Part shown: positions 1 to 9,025 of the stretch, piece after piece
Numbering within the stretch: the first letter of the stretch is position 1
Layout: every line of letters begins with the position of its first letter
Assembly: GCA_049669065.1 (NCBI GenBank)
Contig: JBATKC010000097.1
Location: forward strand, 1 to 42,405
Length of the DNA: 42,405 nt
Direction of reading: 5' to 3'
DNA from: Gammaproteobacteria bacterium
GTDB taxonomy: Bacteria; Pseudomonadota; Gammaproteobacteria; Steroidobacterales; XN24
The notes under the pieces: generated by a model
The model's input: the letters and a program-made list of their open reading frames with translations, nothing else
What the model was told of the DNA's origin: nothing
Database searches by the model: none
Program-made: the position numbers and the translations under genes

Positions 1-2
1 GC

Positions 3-1826
3 CTTGCCGGCTGCGACCGCGACGCGAGCCCGCAGCCCCGGCAAGCTGCCGAACCGATCGAAGCTGTGGCGGTTTCTGAGGCGCCGGCCGAGTCCGCGGC
101 GGCGTTTATCGCCCGCGCCAATGCCGAAATCGATGAACTGGACCTGGAGCAGGGCGCAGCGTCCTGGGTCAGCGTCACGTATATAAATGAGGACACCGCG
201 CTGCTGGCCTCGAAGGCCAACGCCCGGATCGGTGAGCTGATGGGTCGCCTGATCGCTGAGTCCGAGGCTTATCAAGGCGCGGAGATGGATGCCGAGACGG
301 CGCGCATGATGACGATGCTGCGACGCGCGGACTACATGCCCAAGCACATGTCGGTGCCGTCCGACCCGGATCGGCTGCTCGAGACCACCGAGATTCAGAG
401 CCGCATTGCGGGCATGTATGGGGCCGGCAAATACTGTCCTGATGGCCCAAAATCCTGCCGTACGCTGCAGCAGCTCTCGGAAGTGTTGGCCAGCTCCCGG
501 GACTACGATGCCCAGCTCGAGGCCTGGCAAGGCTGGCGAACGGTCTCCCCGGCGATGCGCGCAGACTACCGGCGCTTCGCCGAACTGACCCGCGAAGGCG
601 CCGGCGAACTCGGCTACAGCGACATGGGCGAGATGTGGCGCTCCGGCTATGACATGAGCCCGGGCGAATTCGAGATCGAAGTGGAACGTCTGTGGGGACA
701 GGTCGCACCGCTCTACGAAGCACTGCATTGCTATGTCCGCGACGAGCTGACCGACAAATATGGCGCCGATCGCGTCCCGCCCGGAGGCCCGATCCCGGCG
801 CATCTGCTCGGCAACATGTGGTCTCAACAGTGGGGCCGGATCTACGATATCGTCGAGCCCTATCCGGGCGTCACCAATCTGGACGTGACCGCGGCGCTAC
901 GCGGCAAGGACTATGACGCGTTGAGCATGACGCAGACCGCCGAGGGCTTTTTTACATCGCTAGACATGCCGGCACTGCCGGAGATCTTCTGGGCGCGCTC
1001 GATGTTGACCCGGCCACGGGATCGGGACGTGGTCTGTCACGCCAGCGCGTGGAACATGAACCCGGCAGAGAACGATGTCCGCATCAAGCAATGCATCGTC
1101 CCGACCCAGGTGGAATTCGAGACGGTCCACCACGAGCTCGGGCATATCTATTACTACCTGGCCTATAACCACTTGCCAAATCTGTTCCGCAAGGGTGCCC
1201 ATGACGGTTTTCATGAGGGCATCGGCGATACCCTCAACTTGTCGATGACCCCCGGCTATTACGCCCGCATCGGTCTGATCCCGGCGCAACCCGAAAGCGA
1301 AGAATCCGTGATCAACCAACAGATGCGTCTGGCATTGAACAAGATCGCGTTCCTGCCGTTTGCCAAGCTGGTGGATCAGTGGCGTTGGGGCGTGTTCTCC
1401 GGCGAAATATCGCCCGATCAGTACAACGCCGCCTGGTGGGAATTGCGTACCCGCTACCAGGGCATCGTGCCGCCGGTGGAGCGTAGCGAAAAAGATTTCG
1501 ATCCGGGCGCCAAGTACCACGTGCCCGCCAACACGCCATATGCCCGTTATTTCCTGGCGCACATCCTGCAGTTCCAGTTCCACAAGGCGCTGTGCGAAGC
1601 CGCCGGGCATAAAGGACCGCTGTACAGCTGCTCGATCTATGACAGCAAGGAAGCCGGCGAGAAGCTCTGGACCATGATGGGCTACGGCAGCAGCCAGCCC
1701 TGGCAGGACACGCTGGAAGCCGCCATCGGGACCCGCGAGATGGACGCTTCGGCGATCGTCGATTACTTCGCCCCGCTGATGGCCTGGCTCGAACAGAAGA
1801 ACGCGGGCAAGACCTGCGGCTGGTAA
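3..1826 (+). CDS. Peptidase family M2 (angiotensin-converting-enzyme-like) zinc dipeptidyl carboxypeptidase, probable lipoprotein; 5' end lies outside the window
   Basis: HHELGHIYYY (HExxH) is followed by HEGIGD, with the Glu 24 residues after the second His. This is the same arrangement as ACE (HEMGH...HEAIGD). The ORF track starts at GTG 66, but the frame stays open back to nt 3. It reads L-A-G-C at nt 3-14 (a lipobox), so the true start and signal peptide are upstream of the window. Confidence 0.85.
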   Translation, partial: LAGCDRDASPQPRQAAEPIEAVAVSEAPAESAAAFIARANAEIDELDLEQGAASWVSVTYINEDTALLASKANARIGELMGRLIAESEAYQGAEMDAETARMMTMLRRADYMPKHMSVPSDPDRLLETTEIQSRIAGMYGAGKYCPDGPKSCRTLQQLSEVLASSRDYDAQLEAWQGWRTVSPAMRADYRRFAELTREGAGELGYSDMGEMWRSGYDMSPGEFEIEVERLWGQVAPLYEALHCYVRDELTDKYGADRVPPGGPIPAHLLGNMWSQQWGRIYDIVEPYPGVTNLDVTAALRGKDYDALSMTQTAEGFFTSLDMPALPEIFWARSMLTRPRDRDVVCHASAWNMNPAENDVRIKQCIVPTQVEFETVHHELGHIYYYLAYNHLPNLFRKGAHDGFHEGIGDTLNLSMTPGYYARIGLIPAQPESEESVINQQMRLALNKIAFLPFAKLVDQWRWGVFSGEISPDQYNAAWWELRTRYQGIVPPVERSEKDFDPGAKYHVPANTPYARYFLAHILQFQFHKALCEAAGHKGPLYSCSIYDSKEAGEKLWTMMGYGSSQPWQDTLEAAIGTREMDASAIVDYFAPLMAWLEQKNAGKTCGW

Positions 1827-1834
1827 CCCCATGA

Positions 1835-1866
1835 CAGCCCGGCACCGGCCGGGCTGTTGGTTTTTT
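1835..1866 (+). terminator. Rho-independent terminator downstream of the M2 peptidase gene
   Basis: 9-bp GC-rich stem CAGCCCGGC / GCCGGGCTG (1835-1843 / 1848-1856) with a 4-nt loop, followed by TTGGTTTTTT. Confidence 0.7.
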
Positions 1867-1882
1867 CGCTGGAGTCACATCG

Positions 1883-3823
1883 ATGAGTAATGCCGCGCCG
1901 CTGCCGCAGCTGACCGTCAAGGCGATCGTGCTGGGCATCATCCTGTCGATGGTCCTGGCCGGCGCCAACGCCTATCTGGGCCTTTTCGCGGGCATGACTG
2001 TGTCTGCCTCGATCCCGGCTGCGGTGATCTCGATGGGTATCCTCAGCCTGTTCCGCGAATCCAACATCCTCGAGAACAACATCGTGCAGACTGCGGCCTC
2101 GGCCGGTGAGTCAGTGGCCGCCGGTGTGATCTTTACCATCCCCGCGTTGGTGCTGCTCGGCTACTGGGATGCGTTCGACTATTGGTGGGTGTCGGTCATC
2201 GCCGGGCTGGGCGGTCTGCTCGGTGTGCTGTTTACCATCCCTCTGCGCCGCTCGCTGATCGTCGAAGAAGGGCTCGCCTTCCCGGAAGGCAAGGCCACCG
2301 CGGAAGTGCTCAAGGTCGGTGACGACCCCAAGAGCGGGGTAGTCCAGCTGGCGCTGGCGGCGCTGGCCGGCGCGGTCACCAAACTCGCCGCCTCCGGGCT
2401 GCGCCTGTGGAGCGAGACCGCACAGGCGGCGACCTTTGCCGGCAACGGTATCGCCTATATCGGCACCAACCTGTCGCCGGCGCTGCTCAGCGTCGGCTAT
2501 ATCGTCGGTCTGAATATCGCCACGCTGGTCTGCGCCGGCGGCGCGATCTCCTGGTTTATCGCGATCCCGATCTACAGCTCCCTGTATCTGGAGACCGATC
2601 CGGTGCTGATGCAGATGATGGCCGAGGGCGCCAGCGCCACCGACGTGGCGTTCCAGATCTGGACCTCGCAGATCCGTTATCTCGGTGTCGGTGCGATGTT
2701 GATCGGCGGCATCTGGGCATTGATCTCGATGCGCGGCTCACTGGTCTCCGGCGTACGCAGCGGACTCAAACAGATGTCCGCTGGAACCAGCGCAGTCGTC
2801 CACCACAGCGAGCGCGACACGCCGATGCAGTTCGTGCTCGCCGGCATCGCGCTGTTCGTGATCCCGATCTTTTTTGTCTACAACAACATCAGCGACAGCA
2901 TCGGTCTCGGCGTCAGTCTGCCGATGACGCTGATCATGGTGGTGGCCGGGTTCCTGTTTTCCTCGGTCGCGGCCTATATGGCGGGTCTTGTCGGCTCGTC
3001 GAACAATCCCATCTCCGGTATCACCATCGCCACCATCCTGTTCTCCTCGCTGGTGCTGCTGTGGCTGATGGGGCCGGAGAGCATCGGCTCGACCGTGGGC
3101 CCCGCCGCCGCGATCATGATCGGCGCCGTGGTCTGTTCCGCGGCCGCGATCGCCGGCGACAATCTGCAGGATCTGAAGGCCGGCTACATCCTCGGCGCGA
3201 CACCCTGGAAACAGCAGGTGATGCAGGGCGTCGGCGTGATCTCCGCGGTGCTGGTGATGGCACCGATCCTCAATCTGTTGCTGCAGGCCTATGGCATGGG
3301 CACACCCACCGAAGCGCACCCTAACGCGCTGCTCGCGCCCCAGGCCATGCTGATGGCATCGGTGGCCAAAGGCGTGTTTGGGGCTGGACTGCCCTGGAAC
3401 ATGGTCGCCATCGGTGTCGGTATCGGCGCGGTAATCATCGCGATTGACGAGTATCTGAAAAAGCGCGAGACGAAATGGCATGCGCCGGTGCTGGCGGTGG
3501 CCGTCGGGATCTATCTGCCGCTGGAATTGTCGGTGCCGATCTTTGCCGGCGGTCTGATCGCCGCCGCGGCCGAGCGTTTGAACGCGCGCCACGCGGATCC
3601 AGCCGCGCGTGAGCGCAATGCGCGCATTGGCATGCTGACCGCCGCCGGTCTGATCACCGGCGAAGCCCTGGTCGGGATCTTCCTCGCCATCCCTATCGTG
3701 CTGAGCGGCGACGCCGGCATACTGGCCATCGCTGATGAGCCGTTTGGTGGCACTCCCGGGCTGATCGTGGTGGCGGCGCTGGGCTGGTGGATGTACAAGG
3801 CGGCCACGCGTCGGCCCGGCTGA
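1883..3823 (+). CDS. OPT-superfamily oligopeptide transporter
   Basis: 646-aa polytopic membrane protein. The N-terminus (LTVKAIVLGIILSMVLAGANAYLGLFAGMTVSASIPAAVISMGIL) and the overall length and helix pattern are typical of bacterial OPT family transporters. Confidence 0.8.
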   Translation: MSNAAPLPQLTVKAIVLGIILSMVLAGANAYLGLFAGMTVSASIPAAVISMGILSLFRESNILENNIVQTAASAGESVAAGVIFTIPALVLLGYWDAFDYWWVSVIAGLGGLLGVLFTIPLRRSLIVEEGLAFPEGKATAEVLKVGDDPKSGVVQLALAALAGAVTKLAASGLRLWSETAQAATFAGNGIAYIGTNLSPALLSVGYIVGLNIATLVCAGGAISWFIAIPIYSSLYLETDPVLMQMMAEGASATDVAFQIWTSQIRYLGVGAMLIGGIWALISMRGSLVSGVRSGLKQMSAGTSAVVHHSERDTPMQFVLAGIALFVIPIFFVYNNISDSIGLGVSLPMTLIMVVAGFLFSSVAAYMAGLVGSSNNPISGITIATILFSSLVLLWLMGPESIGSTVGPAAAIMIGAVVCSAAAIAGDNLQDLKAGYILGATPWKQQVMQGVGVISAVLVMAPILNLLLQAYGMGTPTEAHPNALLAPQAMLMASVAKGVFGAGLPWNMVAIGVGIGAVIIAIDEYLKKRETKWHAPVLAVAVGIYLPLELSVPIFAGGLIAAAAERLNARHADPAARERNARIGMLTAAGLITGEALVGIFLAIPIVLSGDAGILAIADEPFGGTPGLIVVAALGWWMYKAATRRPG

Positions 3824-3841
3824 CCGGCACGCGAACCGCAC

Positions 3842-4738
3842 ATGTCCGCGAGCCCAACCGGAGCCACCCGGGGCCAGTTGATCGCCGCCTGGATTGTCGT
3901 CTACGGCGTCTGGAGCTCCACGTATCTGGCGATCCGGATCGCGGTGATGGATATCCCGCCGGGGCTGCTGGCAGGCATCCGCTTCGCCGTGGCTGGTCTG
4001 TTGCTGATCGGCGTCTCGATGCTGCGCGGCGCGTCTATTCCACGACAAAAACGCGATTGGTCGGTCATCGCGATCATGGGCATCGCACTGGTCACGGTGG
4101 GCAATGGCGCGGTGACCTGGGCTGAACAATGGGTGCCGTCGAATCAGGCGGCCTTGTTGATCGCGAGTTCTGCGTTCTGGATGGCCTGGTTCGGCAGCTT
4201 TGGACCAAAGGGCACGCCGATCAGCCGTGGCACCTGGCTGGGGATCGCGGTCGGATTTGCAGGCGTTGCGCTGCTGGTTCTGCCCCAGGGTCCCGGCGAG
4301 GTCCGCCAATTGTTGCCGATGGCCGCGATCGTGGCGTCGTCGTTGTTCTGGTGCGGCGGCACCATCTACGGCCGCAACGCCGGGCTGGAGATGTCACCAT
4401 TGATGCTGGCCGGCTGCCAGATGCTGATCGGCGGTCTGATTCTGCTGGTCATGGGGCTGATGGCCGGGGAGGCGGCCAGGGTGGCCTGGACCACAGCAGG
4501 CGTCGGGGGTCTGGTCTATCTGACCCTGTTCGGCTCCTGCCTGGCCTACGGCACCTATGTCTGGCTGATCCGCCACACGACCCCGGCGCGGCTGTCGACC
4601 ATCGCCTATGTCACCCCGGCATTCGCCACGGTGCTCGGATGGTGGGTGCTCGACGAGGCCCTGACCGGCACCCAGCTGACCGGCATGTTTGTCACCCTGT
4701 TCGGAGTGGTGATCGTGGTGCAGTCCAGTCGCGGGTGA
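3842..4738 (+). CDS. EamA/DMT-family transporter
   Basis: 298-aa protein with about 10 hydrophobic helices arranged as two EamA-like halves. It starts 19 nt after the OPT gene. Confidence 0.75.
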   Translation: MSASPTGATRGQLIAAWIVVYGVWSSTYLAIRIAVMDIPPGLLAGIRFAVAGLLLIGVSMLRGASIPRQKRDWSVIAIMGIALVTVGNGAVTWAEQWVPSNQAALLIASSAFWMAWFGSFGPKGTPISRGTWLGIAVGFAGVALLVLPQGPGEVRQLLPMAAIVASSLFWCGGTIYGRNAGLEMSPLMLAGCQMLIGGLILLVMGLMAGEAARVAWTTAGVGGLVYLTLFGSCLAYGTYVWLIRHTTPARLSTIAYVTPAFATVLGWWVLDEALTGTQLTGMFVTLFGVVIVVQSSRG

Positions 4739-4838
4739 TTGCGGTTTCCATATCAAGCCAACCGCGCCTGGCGTATGATGATCTGACTAGTTTCTAAGGG
4801 CTGCCACGCTGGCGGGCCCGCTCACCGGTCATCCTCCC

Positions 4839-5489
4839 ATGCTCAAGAACCCGGCTGAATACACGCTGGCCGAAGAATTGACCCACGCGATCACCCATGG
4901 CGCCGGCGTGATCCTGAGCATCGCGGGTCTGACCTGGATGCTGTTTCTGTCGATCGCCGCCGCCGATCCCTGGCGTATCGTGGCCAGCTCCGTTTACGGG
5001 GCCAGCCTGATCGCGCTGTTCCTGGCCTCGACGCTTTATCACGCCTGGCCGGCGTCGCCGCGGAAACATCTGTTCAAGCTGCTGGATCATTGCGCGATCT
5101 ATCTGCTGATCGCGGGCACTTACACGCCGTTTGTGCTGGTTGCGATGCGCAACGGCACCGGCTGGTGGCTGTTCGGCGCCATCTGGGCGCTGGCCACGGC
5201 CGGGATCATCACCAAACTGTGGCTGCGGCACCGCTACCCGAAGATGTCGTTGTTCAGCTATCTGGCGATGGGCTGGCTGGTGGTGATCGCCGCGCCCCAG
5301 TTATCGGCAGCCATCGGCACGGACGCGATGACCTGGGTGGTGGCGGGCGGCATCAGCTATACGGTTGGCGCGTTGTTCTATGCAGCGACCCGGCTGCCAT
5401 ACAACCATGCCATCTGGCATCTGTTCGTGCTCGGCGGTGGCGTGTGCCATTTCCTCGCCGTCACCCTGTACGTGCTCCCGGTCGCATAA
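4839..5489 (+). CDS. trhA: Hemolysin III / PAQR family membrane protein
   Basis: 216 aa with 7 predicted TM helices. PAQR-type His motifs are present: EELTHAITHG near the N-terminus, HCAIYLLIAGTYTP, and NHAIWHLFVLGG near the C-terminus. Confidence 0.85.
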   Translation: MLKNPAEYTLAEELTHAITHGAGVILSIAGLTWMLFLSIAAADPWRIVASSVYGASLIALFLASTLYHAWPASPRKHLFKLLDHCAIYLLIAGTYTPFVLVAMRNGTGWWLFGAIWALATAGIITKLWLRHRYPKMSLFSYLAMGWLVVIAAPQLSAAIGTDAMTWVVAGGISYTVGALFYAATRLPYNHAIWHLFVLGGGVCHFLAVTLYVLPVA

Positions 5490-5498
5490 CGCAATCTT

Positions 5499-5546
5499 AA
5501 AAAGTGTCAGGTTTATTTTCGGGCGAAAGTAAACCTGACACTTTTT
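5499..5546. terminator. Bidirectional rho-independent terminator between convergent genes
   Basis: Perfect 17-bp stem AAAAAGTGTCAGGTTTA (5499-5515) / TAAACCTGACACTTTTT (5530-5546). A-run and T-run flanks make it functional in both orientations. It lies between the stops at 5489 (+) and 5572 (-). Confidence 0.85.
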
Positions 5547-5571
5547 ATCCGCCGGGAGAAAGCGCGATCGA

Positions 5572-7437
5572 TCAGCGCCGCATGGCCGGATAGTCGATGA
5601 TTGTTGCCGGCGGCCACACAACATCGGCTTCCTCGAGCCGCTGTTTGAATACCGGCGTCGCCTCCAGATCAAACGGTGCGCCGCACAGACACTCACTGAT
5701 GGCACCGATCAGCATCATCGGGCCCATGGGTAATCTGTCGAACCAGGCCGCCGCCTCGTTCGCCGCTTCCCGCTGCCCGGTGACCGCGTTGAGTTGCAGC
5801 GTGTGGTACATCTTCAGCCAGGGTCCGGACCCGGCTATGACCTCAGCAGCCCTCGCCCGGGCGGACTCCATATCGCCGCTTGCGGCGTCCACCAGCGCCA
5901 GCTTCAGCTCCCGGTTCCAGAGATCGCGGCTGGCCGCGCGTTCCCGCGCCTCTTCATATCGTTGTTGGGCGAGCAGCGCCATCACCAGCCCCGCTTCAAG
6001 GAACGGATCATCCGGCTTGATGTCCAGGCCGCGGAGCGTCAGCTCGATGGCCTCGTCCTTTCGTCCGATCCAGAGCGCGGACAGGCCAGCCGAATAATAA
6101 TAATAGAAATTCAGCGGGTCGCATTCGATCATCGCCTTTGTGTAGGCAAGATATTCTTCGGCCTTCCCGAACGGCGGCGCCAGCTCGATCCACACCCCCT
6201 CGGCGCAGCTCCTCGAGGCCAGCGCGGCATCAAATCGCTCAGGCAGCGCACGCCAGTTATCCGATGCCATGGTCCGGTCGACTTCTATCAGCGCGCGCTC
6301 GTCTGCCGAGGACACATTGGCGATAGCAGCGTCCAGGTCATTCATGTAAGCGGCATAGGCCAGCTGTCGCTCTGCGTCCTCTACCCCGTATAGCGTCGTC
6401 CGGTGGGCATGGTAATCACTGCGCATGAAGTAGGCGCTGGCGAAACGCGGCTCCAGGCGCAGGGCTTCGGTAAACCATTCTGCCGCCTCGGCCATGGTCG
6501 GCATGTCGATCTCGTGGCTGTGTGCCTGCCAGAACCTGGCCTGGCCTTTCTGGAAGGCGATAAACGCCTCGACGTCGCGCACCCCGGCGGTCTGCATGCG
6601 CCGTCGTTGCTGGTCGTCCAGCACCACTCCGAGCGCACGGGATACGCTCTCGGCGATATCGGTCTGGACCTCGAACGTATCCTCCATGGTCCGGTCATAG
6701 GTCTCGGACCAGAGATGATAGCCGTCAGCGGCCCGGATCAGCTGGGCGGTAATGCGCGCCTGGTCTCCGGAGCGCCGCACGCTGCCTTCGAGCACATGGG
6801 CGGCATTCAGCGTTTCGCCGACCTCGCGCACATCCGCATTCTTGCCCTTGAACTGGAACGAGGAGGTCCGCGCCGTGACCTGCAGACCGGGGACGCCGGC
6901 GAGGAAGTTCAGGATTTCCTCGGACAGGCCATCAGCGAAATACTCGTTCTCCGGATCGGCACTCATATTGACGAATGGCAGCACGGCGATCGAACGAACT
7001 GGCGGCGGTGCAAACTTCGCTGCCGCCAATGCGGCCGGATCCGCGACGGGAATCGGTTGCGTGGTTTCGGCAGCGACGTCTGCCACCTCCGGCTGCTCCG
7101 GCAACATACGGTCGACCGCCACCGTTGCGATGGCGAGCACGAGCAGCACGGCAATCAGGATATTGATCCGCGTGGTCTTGGCGGAGACACCCGTCGTGCG
7201 GTCCATATCCCGTTCGCGCTTTAGCCCCTCGGGCGTCATCTCGAACACCCAGGAAAAAATAACTGCGAGCGGGAAACCGAGCACCAGCAGCGCCAGCACC
7301 AGACGGAGCCAGGAGGCGGGCAGTTCGAGCGCATCGAACAGCACGTCGGCGACCTGCAGGATCAGCCACGCAGCGACGAGATAGAGCAGGGCGACCTTAA
7401 AGACGTTACGTCGCTTGAGTTCTTCGAACAGAGACAT
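5572..7437 (-). CDS. Membrane-anchored TolB_N-like (COG5616-type) domain plus TPR-repeat protein, paralog 1
   Basis: N-terminal FEELKRRNVFKVALLYLVAAWLILQVADV helix pair. This is followed by IAVLPFVNMSADPENEYFADGLSEEI...TARTSSFQFKGK...LEGSVRRSGDQARITAQLIRAADGYHLWSETYDR, and then TPR-like helical repeats. The region is clearly paralogous to 12217..14358. Confidence 0.8.
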   Translation of the reverse strand: MSLFEELKRRNVFKVALLYLVAAWLILQVADVLFDALELPASWLRLVLALLVLGFPLAVIFSWVFEMTPEGLKRERDMDRTTGVSAKTTRINILIAVLLVLAIATVAVDRMLPEQPEVADVAAETTQPIPVADPAALAAAKFAPPPVRSIAVLPFVNMSADPENEYFADGLSEEILNFLAGVPGLQVTARTSSFQFKGKNADVREVGETLNAAHVLEGSVRRSGDQARITAQLIRAADGYHLWSETYDRTMEDTFEVQTDIAESVSRALGVVLDDQQRRRMQTAGVRDVEAFIAFQKGQARFWQAHSHEIDMPTMAEAAEWFTEALRLEPRFASAYFMRSDYHAHRTTLYGVEDAERQLAYAAYMNDLDAAIANVSSADERALIEVDRTMASDNWRALPERFDAALASRSCAEGVWIELAPPFGKAEEYLAYTKAMIECDPLNFYYYYSAGLSALWIGRKDEAIELTLRGLDIKPDDPFLEAGLVMALLAQQRYEEARERAASRDLWNRELKLALVDAASGDMESARARAAEVIAGSGPWLKMYHTLQLNAVTGQREAANEAAAWFDRLPMGPMMLIGAISECLCGAPFDLEATPVFKQRLEEADVVWPPATIIDYPAMRR

Positions 7438-7554
7438 AGAGATTCAGGCTATCCCGTGACTGGCAGGATCATGGCCGAAGCGGGCGATTTTGTCGAACCT
7501 GGCGAAGTGGATTAAGCGATCACGACATGCCGGCGAGCATGTTCTTGCAGCAGC

Positions 7555-7578
7555 AAAAAACCCCGCGGAAGCGGGGTT
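7555..7578 (-). terminator. Rho-independent terminator of the coiled-coil gene
   Basis: The plus strand reads AAAAAACCCCGC-GGAA-GCGGGGTT. On the minus strand this is a GC stem followed by a U-run, about 100 nt downstream of the stop at 7675. Confidence 0.75.
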
Positions 7579-7674
7579 CTTGTTCCAGCGTACCGAGATG
7601 TTGGATCAGTCAGCCGGTTTTTGGTGGGCGTGCCATGACGCAGTCCGTCCATAGCACGTCGTTATCTGTCGGAC

Positions 7675-7947
7675 TCAAGCGACGAGACGCGTCACCTCAT
7701 CCTTGAGGCGGCTGGCCTGCTCCTCGGTCGAATCCTTGAGCCGGGCGAGCTGCTGCTCGGCAGCTGTTACCTTTTTTCGCAAGCTGTCGACGTTGGACCA
7801 CAGTTTTTTCCGGATATCCGCTTCGGCTTTTTCGGCGTCGGCGTGGGCTTTCTCGCTCTTGGCCTTGGCCTCGGCCTTGTCGATGTCGGCCTTCCATTCA
7901 TCGAGTCGGGCCTGGAGCTGTTGCTCGAGGTTGTCTTTAATATTCAT
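7675..7947 (-). CDS. Small (90 aa) Lys/Glu/Ala-rich coiled-coil protein of unknown function
   Basis: Clean ATG ORF with heptad-like charged sequence (DEWKADIDKAEAKAKSEKAHADAEKAEADIRKK...) and its own terminator. It sits immediately downstream of dps on the same strand. Confidence 0.6.
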   Translation of the reverse strand: MNIKDNLEQQLQARLDEWKADIDKAEAKAKSEKAHADAEKAEADIRKKLWSNVDSLRKKVTAAEQQLARLKDSTEEQASRLKDEVTRLVA

Positions 7948-8003
7948 GTTATCGATTTCTCCAATGTGGTTCTTAAACGGGATTTCGAATGCTCGTCAGG
8001 TTG

Positions 8004-8034
8004 GCGGCGCCTGCCCTGGGCAGCCAGGCGCCGC
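8004..8034 (-). other. Strong GC stem-loop between dps and the coiled-coil gene (no U-tract)
   Basis: Perfect 10-bp stem GCGGCGCCTG (8004-8013) / CAGGCGCCGC (8025-8034) with an 11-nt loop, 17 nt after the dps stop. The structure is visible directly in the sequence. Its function (attenuator, mRNA 3' stabiliser or processing site) is unknown. Confidence 0.5.
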
Positions 8035-8050
8035 ATCGGCGATGTCTGCC

Positions 8051-8554
8051 TCAGGCGAGCATCGAACGCAGCATCCAGATGTTCTCCTCGTGCTGTCCGA
8101 TCCGATGGGTCAGCAGGTCCGCGGTCTTGACGTCGTCAGACTCTTCGGCTCGCTTGACCGCTTCACGCAGGCTCCGGGCGCATCGCTCGTTGCCTTCCAC
8201 TAACCACTGGATCATCTCCTTGGTGGACTGGGGTTCGGGCTGATTCGGCAGCTGCGAGAGCGAGACCATGCGGCGCAAACCACCGGGGGCCGGAAAACCG
8301 ATCGCCCGGATCCGTTCGGCCAGGTTATCGACGGCGTCAGCCAGATCGCCATACTGGGCCTCGGTCAGATTGTGCAGGCTGTAGAACAACGGTCCGGTTG
8401 CGTTCCAGTGGACCGACTGCGTATCTCCGTAGAGCATATAGGTGTCTGCGAGAGCGACGGACAGGTCGTTGGCCAGGGCTTTTCTGTCCTGCCGATCGAC
8501 ACCGATCTCAACGGGTGTTTCGTGAGCCTTGCTAGCATATAGTCGTGCACTCAT
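8051..8554 (-). CDS. dps: Dps (DNA-binding ferritin-like protein, starvation/oxidative stress)
   Basis: HWNATGPLFYSLHNLTEAQYGDLADAVDNLAERIRAIG contains the Dps inter-subunit ferroxidase ligands (H..H..D..E). 167 aa. AGGAGG RBS upstream of the ATG. Confidence 0.9.
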   Translation of the reverse strand: MSARLYASKAHETPVEIGVDRQDRKALANDLSVALADTYMLYGDTQSVHWNATGPLFYSLHNLTEAQYGDLADAVDNLAERIRAIGFPAPGGLRRMVSLSQLPNQPEPQSTKEMIQWLVEGNERCARSLREAVKRAEESDDVKTADLLTHRIGQHEENIWMLRSMLA

Positions 8555-9025
8555 AGGGAGAGATTCCTCCTGATCAGGTCAAATAAAAATCGAATTTGGC
8601 GTACAGACAAACGGGCGCAGCCCGCGTCGGTTTTCGGCGGATCAGAAGGCGAAGGAGATGATGAGGCCAAGGATGGCGATCAGGCAGGCATGAGCCAGGA
8701 AGAGGGCTCTTGGAGGGCGTCGAATACTGATGATCAAACCTCGAGGATTGCTTAAGTGGCTGATAAATATAGCAAATAATCCCGGCAATGTCAAAAGCCC
8801 GGGTGGGCGATGCTGTGAACAGAGACCGGAACCCATGCGAGCTGCCTCGATCGCCTCTCCCCGGGCTTCCCCCTTTTTGTTGCTGAACCGTCGAAGCGAC
8901 GAGGATGGATGGGGATCATCCAGTCGTGTTTAGAATACCCCTCTCCCAGTAGCCGGCACGGCAGGATCTCCATTCCGCCAATTCGTTACATGTGCCTGTA
9001 AGCCGTCGCGCCGGCTTCGTGGACT

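Noticed and set aside
2738-4309. 523-aa minus-strand ORF antisense to the OPT and EamA genes
   Set aside because: Its composition is Arg/Asp/His/Gln/Gly-rich and low in complexity, with no motifs. It is a typical shadow ORF of a GC-rich coding strand, and the plus-strand genes have clear family signatures.
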